Assembly (NCBI GenBank): GCA_963727775.1
Contig: CAVSHB010000002.1
Coordinates: 211,599-275,598, forward strand
DNA from: an uncultured Nitrospiraceae bacterium
GTDB taxonomy: Bacteria > Nitrospirota > Thermodesulfovibrionia > Thermodesulfovibrionales > SM23-35
Reading direction: 5' to 3'
Length of the DNA: 64,000 nt
Part shown: positions 54,915-63,425 of the stretch, piece after piece
Layout: each line of letters starts with the position of its first letter
Position numbering within the stretch: position 1 is the first letter of the stretch
Notes under the pieces: model-generated
Databases searched by the model: none
What the model was told of the DNA's origin: nothing
Seen by the model: only the letters and a program-made list of their open reading frames with translations
Program-made: the position numbers and the translations under genes

Positions 54915-55469
54915 TCATTGCCACCGGATAATGCGGTCTTCGTAGTCTATCTGGAAGCGGGAGCTTTTGAGCATATCATTGCCGAGCAGTCCGTCGTAAC
55001 TTCCGACCGCGCTAACCGGCACTTGGACACTACTAACCCGCCTCGGGCCGATGCTGATCGAATCGAGAACCACCAAACCAGCCAAGCTGAACCCTCCGAC
55101 CCCTTGTATCAGCGAAAGGTTGGCGTCTTTAGGGTTTATTTCCAGCTGCCTGGCAATATTCGGACTGATGAGCGATGTAGCAGCGCCAGTGTCAAACACG
55201 AACTGACCTTTGACCTCACGCCCCTTGTAGCTGACTGTGACCGGAACCACGATATGATTGTCTACAAGTTTGAAAGATGTCTCGGTCAGACTGTCACTTT
55301 CCTGAGCGTCGCGGGACACTATTTGAGCCTTATCTCCCGGATCGTCGGTAAATCTGACGTTGCCGTTATCGTCAATGTACTTATATATATCGGCGGCAGA
55401 CGGTGAGTAGAAAATGAGAATAACAACCGCAACGGTAAGATAGCCTACCTGTGAATGCGCAAGTTTCAT
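54915..55469 (-). CDS. DUF4124-like N-terminus + retropepsin-like (clan AA) aspartic protease domain protein
   Basis: 184 aa. DIYKYIDDNGNVRFTDDP is DUF4124-type. FVFDTGAATSLIS contains the D-T-G-A active-site motif. The C-terminal GLLGNDMLK fits bacterial retropepsin-like proteases. Confidence 0.7.
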   Translation of the reverse strand: MKLAHSQVGYLTVAVVILIFYSPSAADIYKYIDDNGNVRFTDDPGDKAQIVSRDAQESDSLTETSFKLVDNHIVVPVTVSYKGREVKGQFVFDTGAATSLISPNIARQLEINPKDANLSLIQGVGGFSLAGLVVLDSISIGPRRVSSVQVPVSAVGSYDGLLGNDMLKSSRFQIDYEDRIIRWQ

Positions 55470-55534
55470 AATGTGTTCTACTCCCTATCGAGTCCTGTGT
55501 TGTCGCGAAAATCTTTCCATTGATAATTTCCGAG

Positions 55535-55595
55535 TGTACTATGCAGAATTATATCAAGTTTCAAACATGTTTGCTTCAGGAAGAAGGGTTGCACT
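55535..55595 (-). promoter_or_regulatory. Promoter-like repeat module, copy B (upstream of 54915-55469)
   Basis: Minus-strand reading: CTTCTTCCTGAAGCAAACATGTTTGAAACTTGATATAATTCTGCATAGTACA. Confidence 0.55.
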
Positions 55596-55616
55596 TGTTC
55601 TTGTAATTATGCATGT

Positions 55617-56126
55617 TTAATAATTCGAAACACCCCATCCCCAAAGTATTGCCGGTATTTCAACTGCAAGGAGACCTCCAATGAAGGAGAACGCATTTGC
55701 AACAAAGCTGTATGCCATGCTTCTCAAAAGTGATGGCGCAGCTTCAGGTTGTCGTGTAAGTCTTGGTGATCGAAGAAGGTAAAAAACCGCTATCCCCTCG
55801 GCTAAGGTGACTGCGATTTCGCCGACAATTCCCACAATCGTCACGCCAACGAAGTTTTGCATTGCAACTATTGCAGTCATAAGAAGGATAAATGTGACGG
55901 TTGTAATCACTGTCCACACCCCTACAAATCGCCAGAAGTAGGGATTTGTTCCCTTTCCCAATCGCGCCACAATGACCCCTTCCATCGGCAGTAGGATGGG
56001 TACAACAACAAGTGGAACCGGGTTCAAGATTATTGGATCAGCGAAAGCGATGGACGGGCAAAGCATACTTGCCACCAGCAATATAAAAAGATCCCTAAGG
56101 TTGTTTTTTGATTCGTGATTATTCAT
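55617..56126 (-). CDS. Hypothetical polytopic membrane protein
   Basis: 169 aa with about five hydrophobic segments and no recognisable family. Confidence 0.5.
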   Translation of the reverse strand: MNNHESKNNLRDLFILLVASMLCPSIAFADPIILNPVPLVVVPILLPMEGVIVARLGKGTNPYFWRFVGVWTVITTVTFILLMTAIVAMQNFVGVTIVGIVGEIAVTLAEGIAVFYLLRSPRLTRQPEAAPSLLRSMAYSFVANAFSFIGGLLAVEIPAILWGWGVSNY

Positions 56127-56168
56127 CCTTCCATCTACGGCTACAAAGTCGTCCTTTCGGTTATAACC

Positions 56169-56213
56169 TGTACAATTATATCATTCTCATGTGGTCTCAG
56201 CTTCGGGAGGCAG
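56169..56213 (-). promoter_or_regulatory. Promoter-like repeat module, copy C (shortened; upstream of 55617-56126)
   Basis: Minus-strand reading: CTGCCTCCCGAAGCTGAGACCACATGAGAATGATATAATTGTACA. Confidence 0.45.
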
Positions 56214-56435
56214 TCTTACCCGTGGTAACTTTCGAGAATAACCGCATGTCTGTATTCTTCTTTCGAGCGAAAAGTTTGCTGAGAGCTCATCTGGCAGCAA
56301 ATTGGAAAATGCCTACAGAGTATAATAGTTTGGTAAAGACGATGACGACATTACATATTTTTTTATCCGTCCTTCTGGCTACTGACCCTTGGTCAGTCAG
56401 TTCCATTCGGGTTTCGAAAACATAAGACGAATGTA

Positions 56436-57281
56436 TTGATTATGACAAGAAGACTTAAGTTTCTACTAATCATCATGATATTGTTGGGCATATATATTGG
56501 CCGGAGCTATTGGCCATTTAAAGAGCAAATAAAGATAGAGACGGCTCATTACACTATCTATTCTACAGCGACGCAGCAGCAAACTATTCTTATCGGAGAA
56601 GCAAGTGAAAGCTTGTACGCTGCCTATACCGATTTTTTCAAAGATATGATAGATGCAAAAGAGCACAAGGGACGGCTAAGGATGAGGCTTTATAAGGATA
56701 GAGATGAGTTTAAGGCACACAACTGGAGTGCTCCCTGGGCAGAAGCATTCTATCACAACCCGTATTGTTATGCCTACTATCCCGAAAGTGAGGCCAATCC
56801 ATATCACTGGATGATACACGAGGGAACCCATCAATTAAACCGGGAAGTTGCCCATTTTAAGGTGCCCGAATGGATTGATGAAGGCTTAGCAACATATTTC
56901 GGTTCAAGCAAAATAAGAAATGGTAGATTGCAACCCGGTGAAATCGATGTGAACACGTATCCTATATGGATACTACAAACTATTTCCTTGACGGGCAACC
57001 TTCAGAAGGATATCAACAATAACAAGATAATTCCTCTTCGCGCCCTAATTACAGGGACAGGAGGGCCTAATATCATCAGGCATTTTAATCTATACTACGT
57101 CCATTATTGGAGCCTGACACACTTTTTATTTCACTATACGAACGGAAAATATTCTGATGGCTATAAAAGTTTGATCCGCGCAGGCGGCACATTGGAAGAA
57201 TTTGAGAAGAGAATCGGATCGGTAGATCGGATACAGAACGAATGGTATGAGTACTTGCGACAGAGCGTGTCAGAAGTGTAG
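56436..57281 (+). CDS. Putative HExxH-type metallopeptidase-like protein (DUF1570-like)
   Basis: 281 aa with an N-terminal TM/signal segment (LKFLLIIMILLGIYIG). WMIHEGTHQLNREV contains HExxH. Family recall is uncertain. Confidence 0.45.
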   Translation: MIMTRRLKFLLIIMILLGIYIGRSYWPFKEQIKIETAHYTIYSTATQQQTILIGEASESLYAAYTDFFKDMIDAKEHKGRLRMRLYKDRDEFKAHNWSAPWAEAFYHNPYCYAYYPESEANPYHWMIHEGTHQLNREVAHFKVPEWIDEGLATYFGSSKIRNGRLQPGEIDVNTYPIWILQTISLTGNLQKDINNNKIIPLRALITGTGGPNIIRHFNLYYVHYWSLTHFLFHYTNGKYSDGYKSLIRAGGTLEEFEKRIGSVDRIQNEWYEYLRQSVSEV

Positions 57282-57375
57282 AAAAAATGAAAGAGCCCTA
57301 ACAGTTAAGTCATGCCAAATATTAACTTAAGGTTGACATCAGTATAGAAGCGCGAGAGTCTTGTCTGTTCCCACT

Positions 57376-57432
57376 TGTACTGAACATGATTATATCAGGT
57401 TTCGGTGCCGTTGACTTCAACAAGGAAGGATT
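57376..57432 (-). promoter_or_regulatory. Promoter-like repeat module, copy D (between convergent gene ends; no obvious downstream gene)
   Basis: Minus-strand reading: ATCCTTCCTTGTTGAAGTCAACGGCACCGAAACCTGATATAATCATGTTCAGTACA. Confidence 0.45.
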
Positions 57433-57532
57433 ATTGCCTATCAGGACTCTCTGGAATACTACGTTTCTTTCACCCCGTAAGGCGCATAGCTTTTTTATCA
57501 AAGAGACCTGATAACCTTTAAAAACAGAAAGA

Positions 57533-58516
57533 TCAGAAAACATTCACTTTGAATGTCACTACTTTTGCAGGCGGCACATCCTTCTCCCAAGGTCTTATAT
57601 ATCTAAAGTTGATTGCTGTTTTACCCTTCCCGGTAGCCTCGAAGAGCCAAACTTCTTTACCTCCTGCACCGATAAGCCCGGTTTGCGATTTCCTATATTT
57701 GTTGCGCACTAACCTGATAATTGTGCTCTCTTTTGGGCTGATCATCTCCCAGTGATATCCTGTGGTGACGTTTGAATCAAGAACAAGCGTAAAATGTTGA
57801 CCAGGGGCTACTTCAATCTCCAAGCTGGGATTGCTGAACTCAAGTATATTCGATGCGACATTAATCACTTTTGCTCCGACAAAAGTACCGGAACTTTCGA
57901 AATCAAAGGCGATCAGTACAGTACCGAGAAGTTCACAAGCGTGACAGCCATTCTGGAGGCGGTAGGCAGCAACAAACCTCTTTCCCTTGTTTAAAAGATC
58001 TTCGCCCTTCACACAAGGGGCGTCATATCTGTCACCAGGCCAGAGATTCACTTTAGGAAAATTGTGGGCTATTTGTTCATACAGTTTGTGCTTCGTTAGG
58101 TCCACATTCTTTAAAATGTCATTATCGTCGATGTCGATGACCGACGGGTTTCCGTTTACGAGATAACATCCGTAGTTCTCATTCGCCCTAAATGGATAAA
58201 AAACTTGAGCGATATCCACCGCTCCGTCCCTTTGGAAGGCTGTTATATAGGCCGTATTTCCTATGTGTTTGGTAAAGACGATAGCCTCGCATGGGGCCCC
58301 TGAATCTTTCATCACGGTGACGAAACAAGCCCCAAAGTCCTTCACCGCTTCCATTGAACAGCGCTCAAGCACTTGTTGCCTAAAGGAACTACCGGGATTC
58401 CAGACTACTTCCGGACCTATCTGCTGATTTTCGGCTGAGGCGACACCAGTCAGGAAGCATATTATTATAAATATCTGGGCAATCAAACTCTTTATAGGCT
58501 CCCCTTTTTCTGACAT
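57533..58516 (-). CDS. Secreted protein with a C-terminal chagasin/ICP (inhibitor I42) domain
   Basis: 327 aa with a signal peptide. The C-terminal ~105 aa carry the three chagasin-family loops: NVTTGYHW, GAGGKEVWLF and YIRPWE. Confidence 0.62.
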   Translation of the reverse strand: MSEKGEPIKSLIAQIFIIICFLTGVASAENQQIGPEVVWNPGSSFRQQVLERCSMEAVKDFGACFVTVMKDSGAPCEAIVFTKHIGNTAYITAFQRDGAVDIAQVFYPFRANENYGCYLVNGNPSVIDIDDNDILKNVDLTKHKLYEQIAHNFPKVNLWPGDRYDAPCVKGEDLLNKGKRFVAAYRLQNGCHACELLGTVLIAFDFESSGTFVGAKVINVASNILEFSNPSLEIEVAPGQHFTLVLDSNVTTGYHWEMISPKESTIIRLVRNKYRKSQTGLIGAGGKEVWLFEATGKGKTAINFRYIRPWEKDVPPAKVVTFKVNVF

Positions 58517-58603
58517 CGCTTTAAGAATCTAAACCTCCCCCAAAAGACACTTCAAAACTCATTTCTCATTTTTTAAATCCAGCAAGACATTTCACCCATT
58601 CCA

Positions 58604-58668
58604 GTTGAACTGCGCACAATCATAGCACCTTTGAATGGTGTTACCTACAGGAAGGAAGCTTGCGCATA
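58604..58668 (-). promoter_or_regulatory. Promoter-like repeat module, copy E (upstream of 57533-58516)
   Basis: Minus-strand reading: GCGCAAGCTTCCTTCCTGTAGGTAACACCATTCAAAGGTGCTATGATTGTGCGCAGTTCAAC. Confidence 0.5.
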
Positions 58669-58818
58669 TACCTTCATCTTTTTTCACAATGCGTCTTTCG
58701 CCCCGTAATAAAAAGGGTATTTTTACGAGCGGATTCCCCGCTGGAACACCTCGGTTAGATGTAGTCATCATCGCCCAATGTCAGGGCTGACCCCATTCCC
58801 CTGTTACTTACAACAAGC

Positions 58819-60840
58819 TTATGAATCTGTTGATTTCTTGATATCAGTCTTGCCCTCAGAATCAATCTTCATACCAGTGAGTGCAATAGCCTGCGTAAGA
58901 ACTGTCGCGAGCCCTTCAGATGCACCGCCACTTCCGATCGTAAGAATATCAGGCATAATCTTAATCTTACCTGCAGAGATATGTTTTGCGAGCTCGATAG
59001 CCATAATAGCCTGTGGCCCGATGGCTGTCTTCTGCTTTTCGTAGGCTTCTGCGGTAGCCGTACCGATTGATTCGATTGCCCTGGCATCACCTTCGCCCTT
59101 CAATTTTGCGCTTTCCGCATTACCTTCGGCAAGTGTAACTGTTTCTCTTTTCTTCTGGTCGGCAACTTTGACGGCGATCTCGGCCCGAACAAGTTCCGGC
59201 TGTTGGTCGGCAGTGGCCTTTGTCTTTTCCATCTCAATTCTTGTAACTTCAGCCTTCTGCTGTTCCTTGTATTGTTCAGTCTGTTGCTGTGCAATAATTT
59301 TCTTTGTCTGTGTATCCATCAGCTCCTGGGGAAGTTTAATTTGACAAATGAGGACCGACACGCACTCAACATGATATTTTTCAAGTTCCAGCCGGGCCCT
59401 TGTTTCAGCCTTTGTCTGTTCTTCTTGTCTGTCCTGCATAAAGTTCATGGCTGAAGTGGTAGAAGCCTGATTTCTGAAGCTGGAATCAATCATTGGGTGA
59501 ATAACGTGAAGAATGAGATTGTCAATCGAACCGACTTTCGCCACCATATAGGGAGCTTGGTCCGGTCTGACTCTTACAACTACCTTAACGGATACTCCAA
59601 TAGGGAACCCGTCTTTTGAAATAACACTCAATGGGTCAAACCTTGTCTCTTTTGCATCATCCCAGTCTATCGTTATGTTTGTTGTGTCGATGATATATGG
59701 CATAAAGGCTAATCTGTTAAGATAGTATTTGCCGGGGCCGGCCACTTCTTCCTGGATGCCCCGATATCCTTTGGGAACCACATATTTCTCTTTGCCTTCT
59801 TCTTCGGTCGCCCCCATTTGAGTTGAGCCGAGTCTTCTCTTCATTTCAGATGTTGGCTCTTCACCCACATTTGAAACGACAACTGCAACCTGTCCACGCT
59901 CAACAACTGCAACGTCATCAAACGCAACATTAAACATTAACGGGTTTATATAATATGTACCGGGCTTTAGAACATCAAGCTGAGGTCCACGCTGGCCGCC
60001 GCCTTTAAGGAATGAATTGGCATCCTGAAAATCGGAGTGTCCGGCGACTGACTTGGCAACATATTCTTTGTCAGGAAGCGGATCACCATCCTTGGCGATA
60101 ACCAAACCGACTTTTGCAGACTCAATCACTGCGGCTGGCTCAGTTGCCACCTGGAATAAATGAGTGTTGATACGATAAGTCCCTGGGAGAAGGATATCGA
60201 TCTGTGGGCCTTTTTGCCCGCCATTCGCAAGAAACTTTTCACCAGCTTCAAAGTTATGATGGTCAGGCACACTTACTGCCAACAGTCTACCGGCAGCTAT
60301 AGGATTGCCATCCTGCGATGTAACAACTCCCACCTGACCTTTTTCGATAACAACTGCCTGAGCAATTGATACCTTAAAGAGGTATGGATTTATTCTGTAT
60401 TTACCAGGCGGGAGGATGTCAATCTGCGGACCTTTCTGCCCCCCGTTTTGTAAGAACGCCTCCCCATCCTGAAAAGAATTATGACCCTGTACCACCTTTG
60501 CAAATATTTTACCGGGAGGGATTGCGCTGCCATCGACTGATTCGATAAGACCGACCTGCCCGTCCATAATCTCTACAAACTCGCTCTTTTTTGCAGTATA
60601 AATAAACGGAATAAGAAAATGCATTCCCGGCCCCAGCGTCCTTGCCTGAATCCCGACTTCGTTGTTCATGGCAACGACCCTGCCCTGTGGCATCTTCCTG
60701 CCAAACCATCTCCGTTCAATAAGGGCAATCTCTTTACCACCGACAATAACAACTGATTGATATGCCAGGATTAAGGCGATAAATCCTATAATTATTCCCC
60801 CTACTGAAAGCACGCCGATCAAATGCGAAAGAATTTCCAT
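58819..60840 (-). CDS. Flotillin-like SPFH/band-7 family membrane protein with a triplicated N-terminal module
   Basis: 673 aa with an N-terminal TM segment. There are three ~85-aa repeats containing GGQKGPQIDILPPGKYRINPYLF, GGQKGPQIDILLPGTYRINTHLF and GGQRGPQLDVLKPGTYYINPLMF. These are followed by an SPFH core and an E/A/K-rich flotillin coiled coil. Confidence 0.75.
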   Translation of the reverse strand: MEILSHLIGVLSVGGIIIGFIALILAYQSVVIVGGKEIALIERRWFGRKMPQGRVVAMNNEVGIQARTLGPGMHFLIPFIYTAKKSEFVEIMDGQVGLIESVDGSAIPPGKIFAKVVQGHNSFQDGEAFLQNGGQKGPQIDILPPGKYRINPYLFKVSIAQAVVIEKGQVGVVTSQDGNPIAAGRLLAVSVPDHHNFEAGEKFLANGGQKGPQIDILLPGTYRINTHLFQVATEPAAVIESAKVGLVIAKDGDPLPDKEYVAKSVAGHSDFQDANSFLKGGGQRGPQLDVLKPGTYYINPLMFNVAFDDVAVVERGQVAVVVSNVGEEPTSEMKRRLGSTQMGATEEEGKEKYVVPKGYRGIQEEVAGPGKYYLNRLAFMPYIIDTTNITIDWDDAKETRFDPLSVISKDGFPIGVSVKVVVRVRPDQAPYMVAKVGSIDNLILHVIHPMIDSSFRNQASTTSAMNFMQDRQEEQTKAETRARLELEKYHVECVSVLICQIKLPQELMDTQTKKIIAQQQTEQYKEQQKAEVTRIEMEKTKATADQQPELVRAEIAVKVADQKKRETVTLAEGNAESAKLKGEGDARAIESIGTATAEAYEKQKTAIGPQAIMAIELAKHISAGKIKIMPDILTIGSGGASEGLATVLTQAIALTGMKIDSEGKTDIKKSTDS

Positions 60841-60917
60841 GTAACCTCCATTTTTATTGGTTTCCTTTAGCTTTGTTGCTTATCATTAATTTATCATGAT
60901 TCATATTTAATTCCGGT

Positions 60918-60972
60918 TGTACTGAGCATAATTATATCAGGTTTCCCTACAGTGGGTTTCAGGAAGAAGCAA
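60918..60972 (-). promoter_or_regulatory. Promoter-like repeat module, copy F (upstream of 58819-60840)
   Basis: Minus-strand reading: CTTCTTCCTGAAACCCACTGTAGGGAAACCTGATATAATTATGCTCAGTACA. Confidence 0.55.
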
Positions 60973-60980
60973 AGAATCTA

Positions 60981-61163
60981 TTATTTGAGCCCGATCTTTT
61001 TCCAAAACATAAGTCCAGGGCAAATTCCTGTTATCCCTGCAAGGGTAAATAAGCCAACTAGAATATAAAGGAACCAATGAACCTTATCAAAACCTGTTAA
61101 CCATATCCCTATAAAAATCAAGAAAGCGACTGTTATAAATTGTGCTCTCAGAGCTGAAGACAT
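60981..61163 (-). CDS. DUF2892/YgaP-like small inner-membrane protein
   Basis: 60 aa with two TM segments. LAGITGICPGLMFW resembles the DUF2892 C-terminal motif. Confidence 0.5.
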   Translation of the reverse strand: MSSALRAQFITVAFLIFIGIWLTGFDKVHWFLYILVGLFTLAGITGICPGLMFWKKIGLK

Positions 61164-61190
61164 AGTAAGCCTCCTTTGTTATTTTCCTTT

Positions 61191-61245
61191 TGTACTCAAA
61201 ACAATTATATCAGGTCTTCGAGTAGTGGACTACAGCTTGCTATAT
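61191..61245 (-). promoter_or_regulatory. Promoter-like repeat module, copy G (upstream of 60981-61163; distal box diverged)
   Basis: Minus-strand reading: GCAAGCTGTAGTCCACTACTCGAAGACCTGATATAATTGTTTTGAGTACA. Confidence 0.45.
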
Positions 61246-61322
61246 TGTAGTTAATGATGAGATCGATATATCTTCCAGGTAAGAATTGTTTATCCGGCAA
61301 AGGAAAGAAGGAGGAGATATTT

Positions 61323-61797
61323 ATGAAAGGGTTACGGACGAAAAGAGTAAACATGATAAAGGAAGGGGCATTGATAGTAGCGATAGACATTGGTATGGCA
61401 AGTAACCATGGGTGCTGTGTGGCAGCAGACGGGAGGAGCACCAAGACATTCAAGTTTGATAATACAAGAGAAGGACTTGATAGATTGTGGAACATGGTAC
61501 TTGCGAGCAAAACCAGATTTCAATGCAATGAGGTCATTATAGGATATGAGTCAACCGGACCTTATGGAGAGCCGTTGGTTCACTATCTCAAGCAGAAACC
61601 AGCAACGATCGTACAAGTAAACCCACTGCACACGAAGAGGATGAGAGAGATCAATGACAACTCTCCATTAAAGACTGATCGTAAGGATCCCCGGGTAATC
61701 GCGGATGTCATACGGATAGGGCACGCCTTAAGCGTCGTGGTCCCAGAAGGTGCTGCCGCCTATTTGAGAAGAATAAATAATGCACGGGAGAGACATA
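61323..61797 (+). pseudogene. IS110-family transposase, 5' part (DEDD domain), split by IS1380 copy 2
   Basis: Start MKGLRTKRVNMIKEGALIVAIDIGMASNHG after GGAGGAG. GYESTGPYGEPLVHYL, VNPLHTKRMREI, KTDRKDPRVIADV. Homology is broken at 61797. Confidence 0.85.
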
Positions 61798-61801
61798 TTA
61801 A

Positions 61802-63421
61802 CCCGAAAAATGCGTTTGCTATAGGCATACCTATAGAGTCAAGCCTATCAAGGCATTGGCTGATTTGTCGATATAAAAGCTAATACTGATGCTGTTTCTT
61901 GTTCCACCTCCTGAAAATTATGTTCTTTTTATCTAAATGCAGTGCAATTACCAAAACTGGGGGGAAAGTATTGTCCCACGCGGTTAAAGAGGTAGCGCAG
62001 TTTTGATCGTACTTTCTGCGTAAAGACAGAAATCCGCAATACAGGTTTCCTTCCATCCCATCCTAATTGGGCTGGAAGGACAAGATACTTGTACCGTAAG
62101 GTTTTCAAACGTTCTGTCTTTTCTTTTTGACCGAGTATCTGATGCCTGAACAGGACAAACAGATTGTAGATGAATACCCGAATAAGCATAGCCGCCTCCG
62201 TTGAGTAGAAATACTTCATCGAGAACCCGCCGAGTGCAAAATCCTCTTTCAGTTCCTTGATGGTATTCTCATCGTTCGCCCTATGCCTGCATTGCTTCCA
62301 TACCTCATATGTAGAATCATGTGAATTGGTTATCCATACGCTATAACGATAATGCCCTGTATCAAACTCATCTCCGAAAAGAGACAACTCTTTTCCCATC
62401 GCGTGCGGTCTCTTCTTGACATCCTGGCGCACTGCAATAAACCTCCTGTCGATTATCCACTCTACATGCTGGAAGAAGAACTCAGTGATCCATATCCCTT
62501 CTTCTACCTGTGCCCAGTTTTGTTGTGCGTAGATTATCCTCTGCAGCGGACGATATAGGCGAGCAGCTATGATATATACTAATTCTCTCTTCTCAAGCAG
62601 TTCGATGAACTCCCTAAGATAAAATCCACTGTCTGCAATAATGCCCTTGATATCGATATGACCGTTGATCCTCTGCCATGTGGATTCAAAAAATCCAATA
62701 ATGTTGTTCCATGACATCACGTTGCCGGGGCGGTTCCAAAGATTTATCACATACTTGTTTCTGTTAAGAAATGCCAGAAGCGGGCTGTGGCTACCACGGC
62801 CCTTCTTCTTCGGGTTATATCCCCTCTTGACTCCCTCCTGTTTTCCGTATCGCTCAAGGACTGTAGAATCGAACGTCAACCAGTCCTCTTTGAGCTCTTT
62901 CCAGGGGATCAATCTCTTCAAGTATCCCCATAATCCCTCCGACATCTCTTCCACTTCCTTCAGTTTTCTGATCTTCCTGAAAAGCCTGCCCAATGTCGTC
63001 GAGGCGATAGGAAGCCTCTTCACTGCAAAAAGATCGGTGAAAATCTCCTGCCAACCAAGATAAAGTAGATGAGAAAACCTGCTGCCTCCCGCATAGATCA
63101 GAAGGATGTATGCCAATACCTTGCTGTATATCCCCATTCCATTGGGTGAACTCTCATGGATCGGAATCACCTCTTGCAAAATTCCTCTCAATTTGATCTT
63201 TTCAAAAAATGCAGCCAATAAACTGAATCCCCCATATGCCGTCATCTTCTTCTCCGTAAATCCAATCCTTACTTTATTTATTTCGATCTTTGTGCTACAT
63301 TTTGACTGCATATTTCTATTCTCCTTTCGTTTAGAGTTGATGGTCGGGTAAACCTATTGATTCTAATACGAAAGGAGAATTTCTTCGGGGATATTATTTT
63401 AGGTCAACTGCACTTTTTGGG
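61802..63421 (-). mobile_element. IS1380-family insertion sequence, copy 2 (inside the IS110 transposase gene)
   Basis: Same termini as copy 1 (CCCGAAAAATGC... / ...GCACTTTTTGGG). TTAA flanks at 61798-61801 and 63422-63425. Confidence 0.85.
61929..63311 (-). CDS. IS1380-family DDE transposase (copy 2)
   Basis: 460 aa. Residues 1-241 are identical to copy 1. The C-terminal 219 aa differ at many positions. Confidence 0.88.
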   Translation of the reverse strand: MQSKCSTKIEINKVRIGFTEKKMTAYGGFSLLAAFFEKIKLRGILQEVIPIHESSPNGMGIYSKVLAYILLIYAGGSRFSHLLYLGWQEIFTDLFAVKRLPIASTTLGRLFRKIRKLKEVEEMSEGLWGYLKRLIPWKELKEDWLTFDSTVLERYGKQEGVKRGYNPKKKGRGSHSPLLAFLNRNKYVINLWNRPGNVMSWNNIIGFFESTWQRINGHIDIKGIIADSGFYLREFIELLEKRELVYIIAARLYRPLQRIIYAQQNWAQVEEGIWITEFFFQHVEWIIDRRFIAVRQDVKKRPHAMGKELSLFGDEFDTGHYRYSVWITNSHDSTYEVWKQCRHRANDENTIKELKEDFALGGFSMKYFYSTEAAMLIRVFIYNLFVLFRHQILGQKEKTERLKTLRYKYLVLPAQLGWDGRKPVLRISVFTQKVRSKLRYLFNRVGQYFPPSFGNCTAFR

Positions 63422-63425
63422 TTAA

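Noticed and set aside
56108-56425. 105-aa plus-strand ORF between 55617-56126 and 56436-57281.
   Set aside because: It starts inside the neighbouring minus-strand gene and runs through promoter-module copy C. Its composition is unconvincing.
57322-57543. 73-aa minus-strand ORF overlapping promoter-module copy D.
   Set aside because: It contains the repeat module within its coding frame and has no RBS. It is more likely non-coding.
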